From positions 1 through 50,000 of the forward strand of contig NW_025214744.1 of NCBI RefSeq assembly GCF_004010195.1: a stretch of DNA of 50,000 nucleotides, in the 5' to 3' direction. This document shows, one piece after another, positions 36,011-48,510 of this stretch. How positions within the stretch are numbered: position 1 is the stretch's first letter; each line of letters starts with the position of its first letter. This stretch comes from Chiloscyllium plagiosum (taxonomy: Eukaryota). The notes under the pieces are model-generated. The model saw only the letters and a list, made by a program, of their open reading frames with translations. It searched no databases and had not been told where the DNA came from. The translations under genes were made by a program, and so were the position numbers.

Positions 36011-38589
36011 TAGTAACCTCTGCTCCTTTAAAACCACGATCTGTAAAAGCTCACTGGCTGAACGCCACGCTTCCTACATTTTCAAATGTAGCAGCCCCCA
36101 GTGTTGCAACAGCACACACTGGGAAGCAACCGCTACTGCGCTGCGGATCGTCAACTTCAGAAGCAGGAGGATTTTTTTTAGTGTGTGTGTTCCTTTATTG
36201 TGGACAGGTAAACGGAGTACTTTGATAAAGAAAAAATAGCTCCTTAATATACACTTGAAGATTATCAATGGACCGCATATGATAGAGGGAGCGTAGAATC
36301 AAATCCATACCTTATTCCAATAGTGTTCTAGTGAATTATTGCAGCAGCCAATTAAAAAAAAGCAAATACTTTAGATCCCTTCGACATCTCGAAATTTAAA
36401 CCCCTTCTGCTGCCCGACCTGCAACATACTGCCCATTGACGCGGCTTTTTTTGTGAATCGCTGGAACTGGTTCTAAGTTCAATACATTGATGGAACATTG
36501 TTACCTGTTAGTTATTGAAAAGGAATGGTATCGCGTGTGAACCGTACAGCGAAATTAAAACAAATAATATAAAAGCCTAACAATTTACTAAATCAACTTT
36601 ATAGGCTATGTCACTTAAAAAAAAGTCTACACACTCACATCCGTGCCTAAAAAACAAATAAAATGGCAAGAAGATTCTGAATATTTAAATAATGAAATAT
36701 TAATCAGAAATTATTTGTAGGGATTTAGTTACTTTAAGCAAGCATATCAGCATCAGACTAACCTCTAAATGTGTATTTAATTATAAAAGGATGTTGCATC
36801 ATTTTATAAATTATCCCATGCATAAGTTGTTATTCGACTGTTTTGAGTATGTTAGATACAATTCAATAATACAAAGGAACAAATACCAACAAACATTCTA
36901 ATGTATAATTCAGTTTAAACACCTCTCGAGTTAGTTACAGTCATTTACAAGATATACCATAGGTCAGTCACAAATAGATAATAACGTTGTCTCAATTGTT
37001 AATCCTGGCCAGGATATAATAGCCGAAGCTGTTATTTCATGTAAATTAATCGTAATGCAAACAATTATATTTGTCAATTGTACTCATTGTTGAGCAAAGA
37101 TTAATAAAAAGTATTAAAACTAATTGTTAATGTTGATAAATAATGTAATCTGTTTAGTTGCAACTTTTTATTACTATTATCACAAAATAATAGTTACATC
37201 TAATAACCATAATGGATTGTTCTGAGTCAATAGTTATATTCAAAAACAGTAAAGCAAAAATAGTTTGTTTCTTTTCCTGGAACTATCTAATAATGACTTA
37301 AGATCTATCCAAAGCATTACACTGTTTTCCTGGAGCAGTTGCTACGCTGCAATGTGAATACAAAAACAGACTGACTCTACACACGTAGTAAACACTTAAG
37401 CAAGATTAAGTATGGGCTAGTAATTAAACTAATCACATTCTTTCTAATTTAAACAATAACCATGGAATTAGAATTATTGATGGTTGAGCATTAGTTATTT
37501 TTTACTGAGAGATGTAAAACTGCAAATTTTAATGTAGAATTAATTGCAAGTGATTTACAAAGATGTTCCATTGAAAATTTGGCACGTGACCATTTTGACT
37601 GCATTAGTAGTAAATTAGTAAGGAAAATACAGATATAAGGGACAGATGAGTAACAAGCATCAATGTAGCTTCATTGTTTTTAGAAGATTTGCTTATTTAA
37701 AATCCGGGATTTGTTATTTATTAGCAATTTAACTCAGACTTTGTGTGTTCGGCTTTTAAAATGTATACCTGGCATAAATGTAATTATACATTTGGTTGTT
37801 TTGGCTCCTGTAAATATTTGTATTTTAAAAGTTATCTGTTCTGTCCTGACTTTTAAACTAACGCTAGGCTGCACCTATTATAATCTAACAAAATTAATAA
37901 TTCTTCAACTGATTTGAGTTGTATTACTCAGACTATTGTTTTGGCTAAAAAAAGTGCTGTTCTGTTAATTCATAGTAGATCCTCATTTTCTCCTGCAATT
38001 CTTTCTTCTTTCATTTCTCTCTTCACCAGCCCATTATATTTACACATAGTATTTTTTTTAAAATATAAAAAATAAGCCCAACATTTCCTAAACTGACTTG
38101 ATAAGCCCTCAGCATTTAAAACATCTACAGGCACATTGAATATCTGGATGGCTTGTGTAAATTTGTGAGATTTGGGTGGTTGCAATTGGTGGCATTGCTG
38201 TCTTCACAAGTAAAGTGATGTACTAAAAATGATTATACATGTCATTAAGGTTATAACATTTAAAATTTGAAACAAACTAATTGTCAGTCAATGATCAGTT
38301 ATCATTGTGTTTCTTAAAATGTTTCATTGAAGTTCTGCTTACTTCTGTTAGTGGAATTGTTTAGCAGAGGATTGATAATCTAATTTAAACTATTCAACCA
38401 GCTTGAGCTTATAAATTCTGATGCACAACATTTAAATTAGTCTCTAATCTGAAAGTAATATATTTAACAACAAAAAGCACTCCAATAATATCTGACTTTA
38501 AAGTTGTTGTACTAACACGGAATTACAATAAATTAAAAAGCAGTTGAGGGAAGTTGGGTGGAATTAGTCTTTTTATTTGTGAATAGCAG

Positions 38590-38805
38590 AAGATTATCTT
38601 TTCACCCATTCATCCAAACCACAAAATTACCTTTGATCTCGTGTTGGGGAACATCAGAGAAACCATCAGATTTCAGATAAAGATTCAGCTCACCTCCCAG
38701 CCAAACCACAGAACTGAGTCAAAGTAATCGCTATGTTGTGGCAGATTCATGACCACAGTGTCTCCAGTTGATCAACTAGGCGGGTGTGTATTAAACAAGG
38801 AAATA
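38590..38805. promoter_or_regulatory. Candidate intronic enhancer (RUNX x3, GATA x2, AP-1, TCF/LEF, ETS)
   Basis: ACCACA at 38618, 38705, 38752; TTATCT 38594; AGATAA 38675; CTTTGAT 38631; TGAGTCA 38715; CAGTTG 38765; AGGAAA 38798. Confidence 0.5.
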
Positions 38806-40569
38806 ATGATTTGGTAGTCAACATTATAACCTTTTGTTTTTCTGCACTTCTCTTCAAAAATGCTATTATTTTCTGGATATTTTAATGCTAGAGCATACAC
38901 ATTTATTTATAAATACAGGTTTTAGAAGGATAGAAGGAAATCAACAATTTCACTGACTGAATAATTGTTTTTATTTCAAAAATAGCTTCAATACATTGTA
39001 AACAGACCAGAATGAGTAAATAGGGCAAGTGATTTAAAGCAAGTTTCATTCAGAACTGTTCAATAGCAACAATTTTCACTGCCTCTGAATGTTTGTGAAA
39101 AACTGGATTATTTGTGTACCAATGTCCAGTTTGCAGGTAAGCTTAGAAATTTGCAGACTGTCGTATCACATCAGATCACTAGCTCTAACAACAGGATATG
39201 CAATATTTACTTGAAGATTTGCTATGCCTTGCGTATTTCATAGGGGAATTTCATAATACGGCAAAAAGGAATAATATTTGGAGCAAGAAATTTTCAATAT
39301 AAACTGTATTCTAATGTGAAACAACTATATATTTGAGCAGAAGTAATTTTTAAAACTCAGCCGAGGTAATTAATGAAAATTTCTAGTTCAATATTTGAAA
39401 ATTATAGGAGTAACATTTTGCTTGTGTAAATTTGTTTTCCCTCAAATTATTCAAGTTCATCACAAAAGCCCATTTCCAACACAATATGCACATTAACTCT
39501 GGTCTCATGAAGGTGGAGTGTGATACTAGAGTTACTGGACTGGAATATGAGAATCACTAAAATAATTTAGTTCAGTTTAAATACAATTCAATAATTTTTT
39601 AAAAAATTTGTGTTTAGATCACAATTTTTGCCATGCTCAAAGTTAATATTAATCCATGCAGCTGCCAGAAGATAGCTAACAGTTGACTGCTGTTTATATT
39701 TGTCAGCACAAGTGCATATTGGGACTGATTTATGGATTAGGTCAGTCTTCGACCCTTTATAGCAGGCAAAATCTGCAAAACTGATTAGTGCCTATTGACA
39801 TTGTTTATTTATAGGACTTATGAAGTCAGACTCTGAGTTACTTAATGTCTTAATTGAAGATTTTCATAATTTCCCACTCATACAACATTGTACTGAGGTA
39901 GTTTCTCAAAGGAAAATATACTGTATATGGAATACAAAATTGTATTCATAGTATTATTTTATTCCTTTCTTAATCTCACCTGAAGATATTAACCTACAAC
40001 TGAGTTATGATTCTGCGGGTGCTATTTACTCTCAGGCAACTCACCCAAGTGGTCATTTTTCAAATCGATTCGGCAGTATGTTACTGCTCAAATGTGAAGC
40101 AATACCAAAGTGCTAAAGACATTTAAACTCATGACCAATACACCTCATGCAGATATTCCTGCAATATTCTTAATACTATATGAGGGGGCAGAAGGAACTC
40201 TTTCTCACCAGCGATGATGACTGTCTTAGAGGATAAGTCAGTCCCATTCAATATAATGCATTTTGAAAGATCCATATTAAGAGCATTTGCACTAGCCTGG
40301 ATGAGGCTATCAGTGACAAAATACTCCACGTTCTAAAATAATCTGAGGAAAGGGATGATAGAAAATAAATTAGCATTAAAAATGAATCTGAAAAATGGGT
40401 GAAAACACAAATGTGAAAACAATTTTCAAGAATGGAATTCAGACTTTGACACTTAAAACTTATTGATTTTATACTCTGAAAATCAGTAATATGTACTGTC
40501 TTAGATTACTATTGTTGGCAAAGATTCTCTTGGCCATGAAAGTAGCAAGATATGAAGTTAGCAAGAATC

Positions 40570-41330
40570 AAGGGGCAGCTTACAATGTATTCAGTGGTGG
40601 AAGTCAATCATCTCAGTCCTTGGATATTATTGCAGGAATTTCTCACCACGGTAACCTCCACCTAAGTCTCCATGGCATTTAATGGCACAATTATTGTCAA
40701 GATCTTGCCATCATCACCCTGGGCTTTACCATTGACTGACAACTCAACTGCACCAGCAACACAAAAGCTCAGTTATTAGAACAAGTCAGAATGTGAATGT
40801 TCTATAAGGCGTGCTTCACCTCCCTACTCCTCAAAGTCTTGCCACCATGTACAGGACACAAGACAGGATTTGGGTGAAGTGCTCTAAAATCTTACAGGAT
40901 CTGTGCAGCTACAGTGACCCTTAAAGTGATAGTAACAATCCCCTTGAAAAACATTTTCATACACAGGCCTAAGCATTCACCTTTTTACTGGTGTCATGCC
41001 ATTGCGCAGTGTGCACTACCAAAGGTTTCTTTGGCAGCATTGATCACATTTTCAAACTCCACCAGCTGAATTGAGTCAGCTGATGCATTGGACTGCCATC
41101 ATGACTTACTTTCCCTGTATGTCACATAACAGCTTGACCTGGAAACATATTTCTGCACATTCATTATTGTTAGGTCAGAATTCTGAAACTACTTTTCCAG
41201 CAGTATTGTAGGTGTATCTTCACCAACATACTGCAATGACTCATTTCAATAGCCATTTCTGAGTTACAAGATAATAGGCAATAAATGCTTACTTTGCTAG
41301 TTAAATCTATACTTCAAAGAATAAATGTAA
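40570..41330 (+). mobile_element. Old CR1-group LINE 3' portion
   Basis: GGSQSSQSLDIIAGISHHGNL is a decayed GQSS..QDI.AGVPQGSVL motif; ends GGCAATAAATGC...GAATAAATG. Confidence 0.6.
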
Positions 41331-43769
41331 AATGTTTTGATCGAGGCAGAATGCTGGCCATATCGGACTGACGCCTCTCATCATCTCCCATGCTGTTCCA
41401 TCACACTCTTTCCCACCAGAACCTTCTCACTCCAAGCTTCCTGTCTGTTGAAATTGAAGCATGTATTTTGGCAATTTAGAGAACAGAAAGAAATATGAAT
41501 TAATAATCTTTCATATTGAACTTACATGTACATAAGGATATTTTCAAATCTTGTATTTGTAGCGAATGGTTCCTTTTAATACAATGTATTGTTATTGTTC
41601 TTTTGTATTTAGTTTTGTTTTGAGCAGTTTCTGGAATTGTATGCAGTGTTCTGCTGTAGATCTGTGTCCAACGGCAAGTGAATTAAACAGTCTGAAATTA
41701 TATCAATATACCGAAATGAAATGTTGATGATATTTACATAAGTACCCATTATTACTAGAAAAGTGAAGTTCTTTAATAAAACCACTCATTTGATAAAAGC
41801 AATAATTTCCTAATACCAAGCAATCTGGAAAATGTAATATTACTCTCAGATTTGTAAGTAAGTTATTCTGTAAATGGTTGGAATCTTGAAAAAAAATCAG
41901 CATTTTGCATCTTGTAACGGTATCTTAAACAAAACGCTTCTCATCATGGTGAAACCAGTATTTTAAAATAGTTTTGCTTTGTGATCACAGCAAAGGGCAT
42001 TGCATTGTCATACAGTTGCCCAACCATTTCAGTTTGGTTGTTATGAAGACTGGGTACTTTTATCCTGTATCATTAGCAAAGCCTCTGAATTCCAAGTAAA
42101 CTCAGCAAGGGACAGGACATCTTCCTAATCCACATCCCTCCCCCCATCCCGTGTCATCCCTCTTTATTTCCTCATTTATTGGCTAATCCTTGGCATAAAA
42201 CATTTATGATAATTCAATTTCCTTATGAAGTAACTGCCATTTGAATCCCTGAAAGGATTCTTCTCTCACCACATAGCTCACTGTAATGGATCGCAAAGCA
42301 GCATACTAACAGATAAACATTTATTAATATTTTGTGGCCCTTCTTATCTTTCTTGGCTGTTATAATTTTGCATGAATGCATAATTGTGAGCTATCTAACT
42401 TTTGAAACAGCCACTGTTAGTTATACAGCACATTCCTATCCTGTTCCCATATTTATAGCATTGAACCATACCTTTGGAACTTTATTGCTAAGTTTTCCTA
42501 CCCAATAATCTTTTATTCTGCATCTGATTTTATTTTCTAGCAATTCTTTTAGAAATGACAAATAACCTGGGAACAAATTGGATTTGTATTTAAAATCTAT
42601 TCGTGTTTGTAACCACAATGAAATTGACATATTAGAACTGGGTCCAGTGAATTTTGCCTGGATAGCAATACAGTATGTGTGTATCAATTGAAGGATCCAG
42701 TCAACATTAGTTAAATGCCTGAACATACTCATAGTGCTAGGGGTATTATTCATTCTGTAGAAGCTGTCAGACAAAACATTGCCAAAAAAGCATCAATGAA
42801 TTAGATAAGTTTAGGCAGCTTGTCTCAATACGTTTTGTGAGAACAATACCATTGTTCATCATAAGTGAAAGAAATAGCTTTCCCATTTAACTAAAATTTG
42901 ATAGTTCCGAATACTTTCTCAAACCATCTACAAAAAGGTTTTACCTTAACATCTATTGATTTGAAAATTCTAGAAGAATTTCCACACAGTATCAATCATT
43001 AATGCATTTTCTTAAACACAGATAGATAACAGAAGGTTAAAACTACTGTTTGTGATATTGCAGCAAGGATACTTCACACAATAACATGACATTTCTCTGA
43101 CTGTAATAAAACTTTAAAATAAACTAGATCACCAAATAAATATTGGACAATGGAGTGGCATACACTAAACATAATGGAAATACTACTTAACCAAGAACTT
43201 CCTGTTCTAAATATTGGCTAATAAAACATTGATTGATATTCTGGATGGAAGTAGTCATCCATTTAAAATAGGTAGATAAATGCTTTTATGAATCTAGCAT
43301 CTTACAGACCTTATTCCTTTGTAACAGCTTGACGATTAGCAGGAAAATGTCAGTAACAGTAATTTATAGGTTTGCAAGGAAATTGTATATCTCATTGCAA
43401 ATATTCTATGGACAAGAGGCTCATATTTTAATTTTGTTCTTTGCTTATATAGTTCAGAATGCAATAATTTGAAAAAATTCATGAGGTGAGAAAATATGTA
43501 GAGCAACTTGTAACAATTGATAGCAAGAACAGACTACTGTATTATTTCTTAGCCATGTGGCATTAATAGAAAGAACAGTCTTTATGAAAGATGTTTATAT
43601 TCAGGGTTTGTGTCTGGAGGGTTTATACCCACATGGATCTTTTAAAAGTAAGCATATTATTTAAATCTTCATTATTATTTAGTTTGTCTCTTTTGCTTCT
43701 ATAGTGTTGTTCCCGTGTTCGCCAAATGTATATAAAATGGTAGAGGGAATTCTGATTACACTCTAAACT

Positions 43770-43945
43770 ATTTGTGTATGTGTATGTATGTGTGGCTGGT
43801 CAGGTGTCCACATGAATCCTTCTGTGTGTGGGGTGGAGATGTATTTCTGACTGTGTGTGTGGCAGGTAGCTGGCTGTGTTTGCATGTAGTGTGTGTGGTG
43901 TGGCTGTATGTGTGGAGAGATTTGACTGTGTGTGGCGTGTGGGCG
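43770..43945. repeat. TG-rich low-complexity tract
   Basis: Imperfect (TG)n / TGTGGCTG repeats. Confidence 0.7.
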
Positions 43946-44829
43946 ATTATGAAAGCAAAAAGCATAAACAAACAGATGACATGTAATGTTTGGTTCTCAC
44001 AAACTTTAATAAAAACTTGTTTGGTTCTCACAAGGTTAATGTTGAGATTTATACAGCAAGACAGCTTCATTTGGATCAAGTTGCAAAGCCAAATGGAGAC
44101 AATCCAAGCAATAGGATACCAAATTGATGAGCATCATTATCCTGTAGTAATTTATATTTTCTATTCTATCTTGTAAAAGATCACTGGTACAAAGATGGCA
44201 AACATTTTTTTTCTCAAAAATACTCTCTTTATTTTGGCCATATCCACTCAAATGCCTTGAACTGTGATTATGTGCGCAGCTTATGTTACATAGTGCATTT
44301 GTATTTAAATTGATTGTTGTGTTCCAAAGACCTGTTAAATAAGCAGCATTCTATATATGTCCGGGACAGTGAACTACATTATCCCTACTTTGGAGTTGTC
44401 TGAACATCTGCTTCTCGTCTGTTCTGCCACAGGTTTGAGATTAGACAGTATTGAGGTACACTGCCAACTTTGCACTGCTTCCATTCAGAGGAAAGCAGAG
44501 CTGTTTGCCTGCATTTATCAACAGTGGAGAACACTGGGAACAGGATAAGAGCACTATAAAAAATGTTAATATTGGAGAAGTACTGGCAAGACAGTTTCTT
44601 TTGCTCTCGCATTGGCAATGTAATGGTGACCTTTTAATTGTTTTAAAAATTTGTTCTTTCCTTGAAAAGTTGGCTTTGCTTAATTTTCAGCCATACTAAC
44701 ACTGATGCAAAGCCTATGTTGTGCGAGATGGCTTCCTCAGTGCGATCACAGAACTGAAGTTATTAATGAACTGGTAAACTTTTGATTAATGCTGCTCACT
44801 GGCACAAAGTCAACATAATTTCACAATAA

Positions 44830-45101
44830 TGCAGAATGTTCAGCAAGATTCTGCTATCCATATCCTCACTTACACTATAACTATCCCCATCATCCCTGCG
44901 CTCACTGAACCATGTGGGTCTTTTTCTAGTAACACATTCATTTCAAATTTTCATCTTTGTTTTCAAATCAAATGGTCATACTCATCAAAATCTTTGGCAT
45001 CTTCTCCAGTCCATTGTATCTCTTTTTCTCCAATTCTGGCCTCTTGCACATTCCCAGTTTTAGACATTCCACCAATGGTGGCTGTGCCTTCTGCTGCCAG
45101 T
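44830..45101 (+). mobile_element. L2 LINE 3' region, left part
   Basis: CCCCATCATCCCTGCGCTCACTGA...TCTGGCCTCTTGCACATTCC...GGTGGCTGTGCCTTC, typical of L2 ORF2 C-terminus; continues at 48304. Confidence 0.65.
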
Positions 45102-45132
45102 TGAGGCAATGCTGCTCCTTTAACAAGGTTAT

Positions 45133-47645
45133 GAGAAGTAAGAAAGGGATCTGAGAAATAAGAAAGGGATGATCATCTTATTTGGATTGTATTAAAGACT
45201 GCCCCCTATAGTCAGCAAGAAATTGAGAAGCAAATTTGTAAGGAGACTTCAGTTATCTGTAAGAATAACAGGGTGGTTATGGTAGGGGATTTTAACTTGC
45301 CAAACATAGACTGGCACTGCCATAGTGTGAAGGGTTTAGATGGAGAGGAATTTGTTAAGAGTGTACAAGAAAATTTTCTGAGTCAGTATGTGGATGTACC
45401 TACTAGAGAAGATGCAAAACTTGACCTACTCTTGGGAAATAAGGTAGGGCAGGTGCCAGTGGGGGAGCACTTAGGGGCCAGCGACCATAATTCTATTAGT
45501 TTTAAAATAGTGATGGAAAAGGATAGACAAGATCTAACAGCTGTATTTCTAAATTGGAGAAAGGCCAATTTTGACGGCAAGAACTTTCAAAAGCTGATTG
45601 AGGGCAGATGTTCGCAGGTAAAGGGATAGCTGGAAAATGGGAAGTCTTCAGAAATTCGATAACGAGAATCCAGAGAAAGTATATTCCTGTCAGGGTGATA
45701 TGGAAGGCTGGTAGGTATAGGGAATGCTGGATGACTAAAGAAATTGAGGGTTTGGTTAAGAAAAAGAAGGAAGCATATGTAAGGTATAGACAGCATAGAT
45801 CGAGTGAATCTTCAGAAGAGTATAATGGCAATAGGAGTCTACTTAAGAGGAAAATCAGGAGGGCAAAAAGGGGACATGAGATAGCTTTGGCAAAAAGGAT
45901 TAAGGAAAATCCAAAGGGTTTTTACAAATACATTAAGGACAAAATGGCAACTAGGGAGCGAATTGGGTCCCTCAAAGATCAGCAAGGTGGCCTTTGTGTG
46001 GAACCACAGGAGCTGGGGGAGATACTAAACAAGTATTTTGTTTAAGGAAGTGCTGGATGTCTTGAAATGCATAAAGGTGGATAAATCCCCAGGACCTGAT
46101 CAGGTGTACCCTAGAACTCTGTGGGAAGCTAGGGAAATGATTGCTAGGCCCTTTGTCGCGATATTTGTATCATCGATAGTTACAGGTGAGGTGCTGGAAG
46201 GATGGAGGTTGGCTAACGTGGTACCACTGTTTAAGAAAGGTGGTAAGAACAAGCCAGAACTATAGATCGGTGAGTGTGATGTCGGTGGTGGGCAAATTGT
46301 TGGAGAGAATCCTGAGGGACAGGATTTACACATGTTTGGAAAGGCAAGGACAGATTAGGGATAGTCAACATGGCTATGTACGTGGGAAATCATGTCTCAC
46401 AAAAACTTGATTGAGTTTTTTGAAGAAGTAGCAAAGAGGATCGATGAGGGGAGAGTAGTGGACATGATATATATATGGACTTCAGTAAGGCATTCGACAA
46501 GGTTCCCCATGGGAGATTGGTTAGCAAGATTACATCTCATGAAATATAAAGAGAACTAGTCATTTGGATATAGAACTGTTTCTAACATATAAGACAAAGG
46601 GTGGTGGCGGTGGAGGGTTGTTTTTAAACTGGAGGCCTGTGACCAGTGGTGTGCCATAAGGATCAGTGCTGGGTCCACCACTTATTGTCATTTATATTAA
46701 TGATTTGGATATGAACATAGGTATAGTTAGTAAGTTTGCAGATGACACCAAAATTGGAGGTTAGTAGACTGCGAAGAAGGTTACCTCAGATTACAAAGGG
46801 ATCTTGATCAGATGGGCCAATGGGCTGAGGAGTGGCAGATGGAGTTTAATTTAGATAAATACAAGGTGCTGCCTTTTGGGAAAGCAAATCTTAGCATTTA
46901 ATGGTAAGGTCCTAGGGAGTGCTGCTAAACAAATAGACCTTGGAATGCAGGTTCATAGCTCCTTGAAAGTAGAGTCGCAGGATTTGAGCTATAGGGTAAG
47001 GCTAAATAGGCTGAGGCTGTTTTCCCTGGAATGTCAAAGGCTGAGGGATGACCTCATAGAGGTGTATAAAATCATGAGGGGTATAGATAGGATAAATAGA
47101 CAAAGTCTTTTCACTGGGGTGGAGGAGTTGAAAACTAGAGGGCAATTTAGGGTGAGAGGGGAAAGATACAAAAGGGAGGGTGGTGCGTGCATGGAATGAG
47201 CTGCCAGAGGAAGTGGTGGAAGCTGGTTCAATTGCAACATTTATAAGGCATCTGGATGAGTAAATGAATAGGAAGGTATAGAGGGGCCTGGGCCAAGAAT
47301 CGAGAGTGTGGTGCTGGAAAAGCAGAGCAGGTCAGGCAGCATCCGAGGAGCTGCAAAATCGATGTTTTGGGCAAAAGCCCTTCATCAGGGAAAGGCCAAT
47401 TCCTGATGAAGGGCTTTTGCTCAAAATGTCAATTTTCTGGCCCCTCAGATGCTGCCTGACCTGCTCTGCTTTTCCAGCACCACACTTTCGACTCTAATCT
47501 CCAGAATCTTCAGTCCTCACTTCCACCTAGATATGGGCCAAGTGCTGGCAAATGGGACCAATTTACTTTAGAACATCTGGTCGACATGGACTAGTTGAAC
47601 CGAAGGGTCTGTTTCTGTGCTGTATGTCTCTATGACTCTATGATT
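45133..47645 (+). mobile_element. CR1 LINE, 5'-truncated, pseudogenised ORF2 (endonuclease C-terminus + RT) with internal deletions
   Basis: VMVGDFN, LDLLLG, SDHN (APE endonuclease); KSPGPD, WRLANVVPLFKKG, DFSKAFDKVPH, KFADDTK; ends in (TCTATGA)n tail. Confidence 0.95.
47298..47533. mobile_element. Inverted pair of Penelope-derived termini inserted in the CR1 3' UTR
   Basis: ~90-bp inverted arms (~47300-47389 and ~47402-47491); flanked by TGGGCCAAG at 47289-47297 and 47534-47542 (TSD). Confidence 0.8.
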
Positions 47646-48299
47646 CAATGTTACCTTTGTTTTTTTCTGCAAGGGGAGTTGTAAATGACAGAGGTTCCGA
47701 TTTGTCTGGGTTTAGGAAATTTGCTAGTAGCTAACAGATACTGCCTAAGGCAACAATCAGGGAAAAGGCATTTTCAAATTTTTTTTTAACACTTATGCAA
47801 TGAAAGGGGAGTGGCCAGATCTCCCAGTTCAGGGTTTTCATTTTGGTTTGGTTTGGTTTGGTTTTTGCCAGCAGCCTGTTCGAAGCTGCCAATCAAAGAA
47901 AACTGCCGGGAAGAATGGTTCCTTGATTCAACAGATGTTTCTGGCTGTCTCTCTCTCTCTCTCTGTCTCTCTCTACAACATCTCTGAAAAACCTGAACTT
48001 ATCTTTTTGTTTTGGCAAGGGGTGTGTTAATGGGAATGTTGCAGGAAATTGGAGCAGTTCTTTTGTTAAGTTTTGGGGATATTGTGTTGGTTGGATTTTC
48101 AAATAGATGTTATTCTACGTTCTGTTTTCTTTTGTTTGTGTTTCCATCAGTGGTGTGTCAATAAATTCTGTTTTACTTGACACAAGTGGTTTGACCAGCT
48201 GCATCACACCTTCCATCTGCCTAAAATAACTCGAAAAGTTAGTGTTAGATAAGTTACCTTCTCAAAATGCTTTGAGGGGTTCTGGCCTGATTCATAACA
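47646..48299 (+). mobile_element. Solo LTR, main part (its first ~10-30 bp lie at 45102-45132)
   Basis: Ends CATAACA; AATAAA at ~48160; with TG at 45102 the whole unit is flanked by CAGT (45098-45101 and 48300-48303). Confidence 0.65.
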
Positions 48300-48303
48300 C
48301 AGT

Positions 48304-48510
48304 GACCCAGTGTGTGGAATTCTATCTCTGAGCCTCTCTATCTCTGAGCCTCTCTCTTCTTTGGAGACACTCCTTAAACCTACCACTTCTATCTATCTGA
48401 AATCTTCTTAAGCGGTTTAGTGTCAAGTCTTGTTTGATGGTGTTCCTATGAAGTACTTTGAGAAAATTTACATTAAAGGCAGTATATAAATCCAAGTTGT
48501 AATTGTTGAT
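48304..48510 (+). mobile_element. L2 LINE 3' end, right part
   Basis: TGTGGAATTC...CTCCTTAAACCTACC...CATTAAAGGCAGTATATAAATCCAAGTTG, the usual L2 terminus. Confidence 0.65.
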
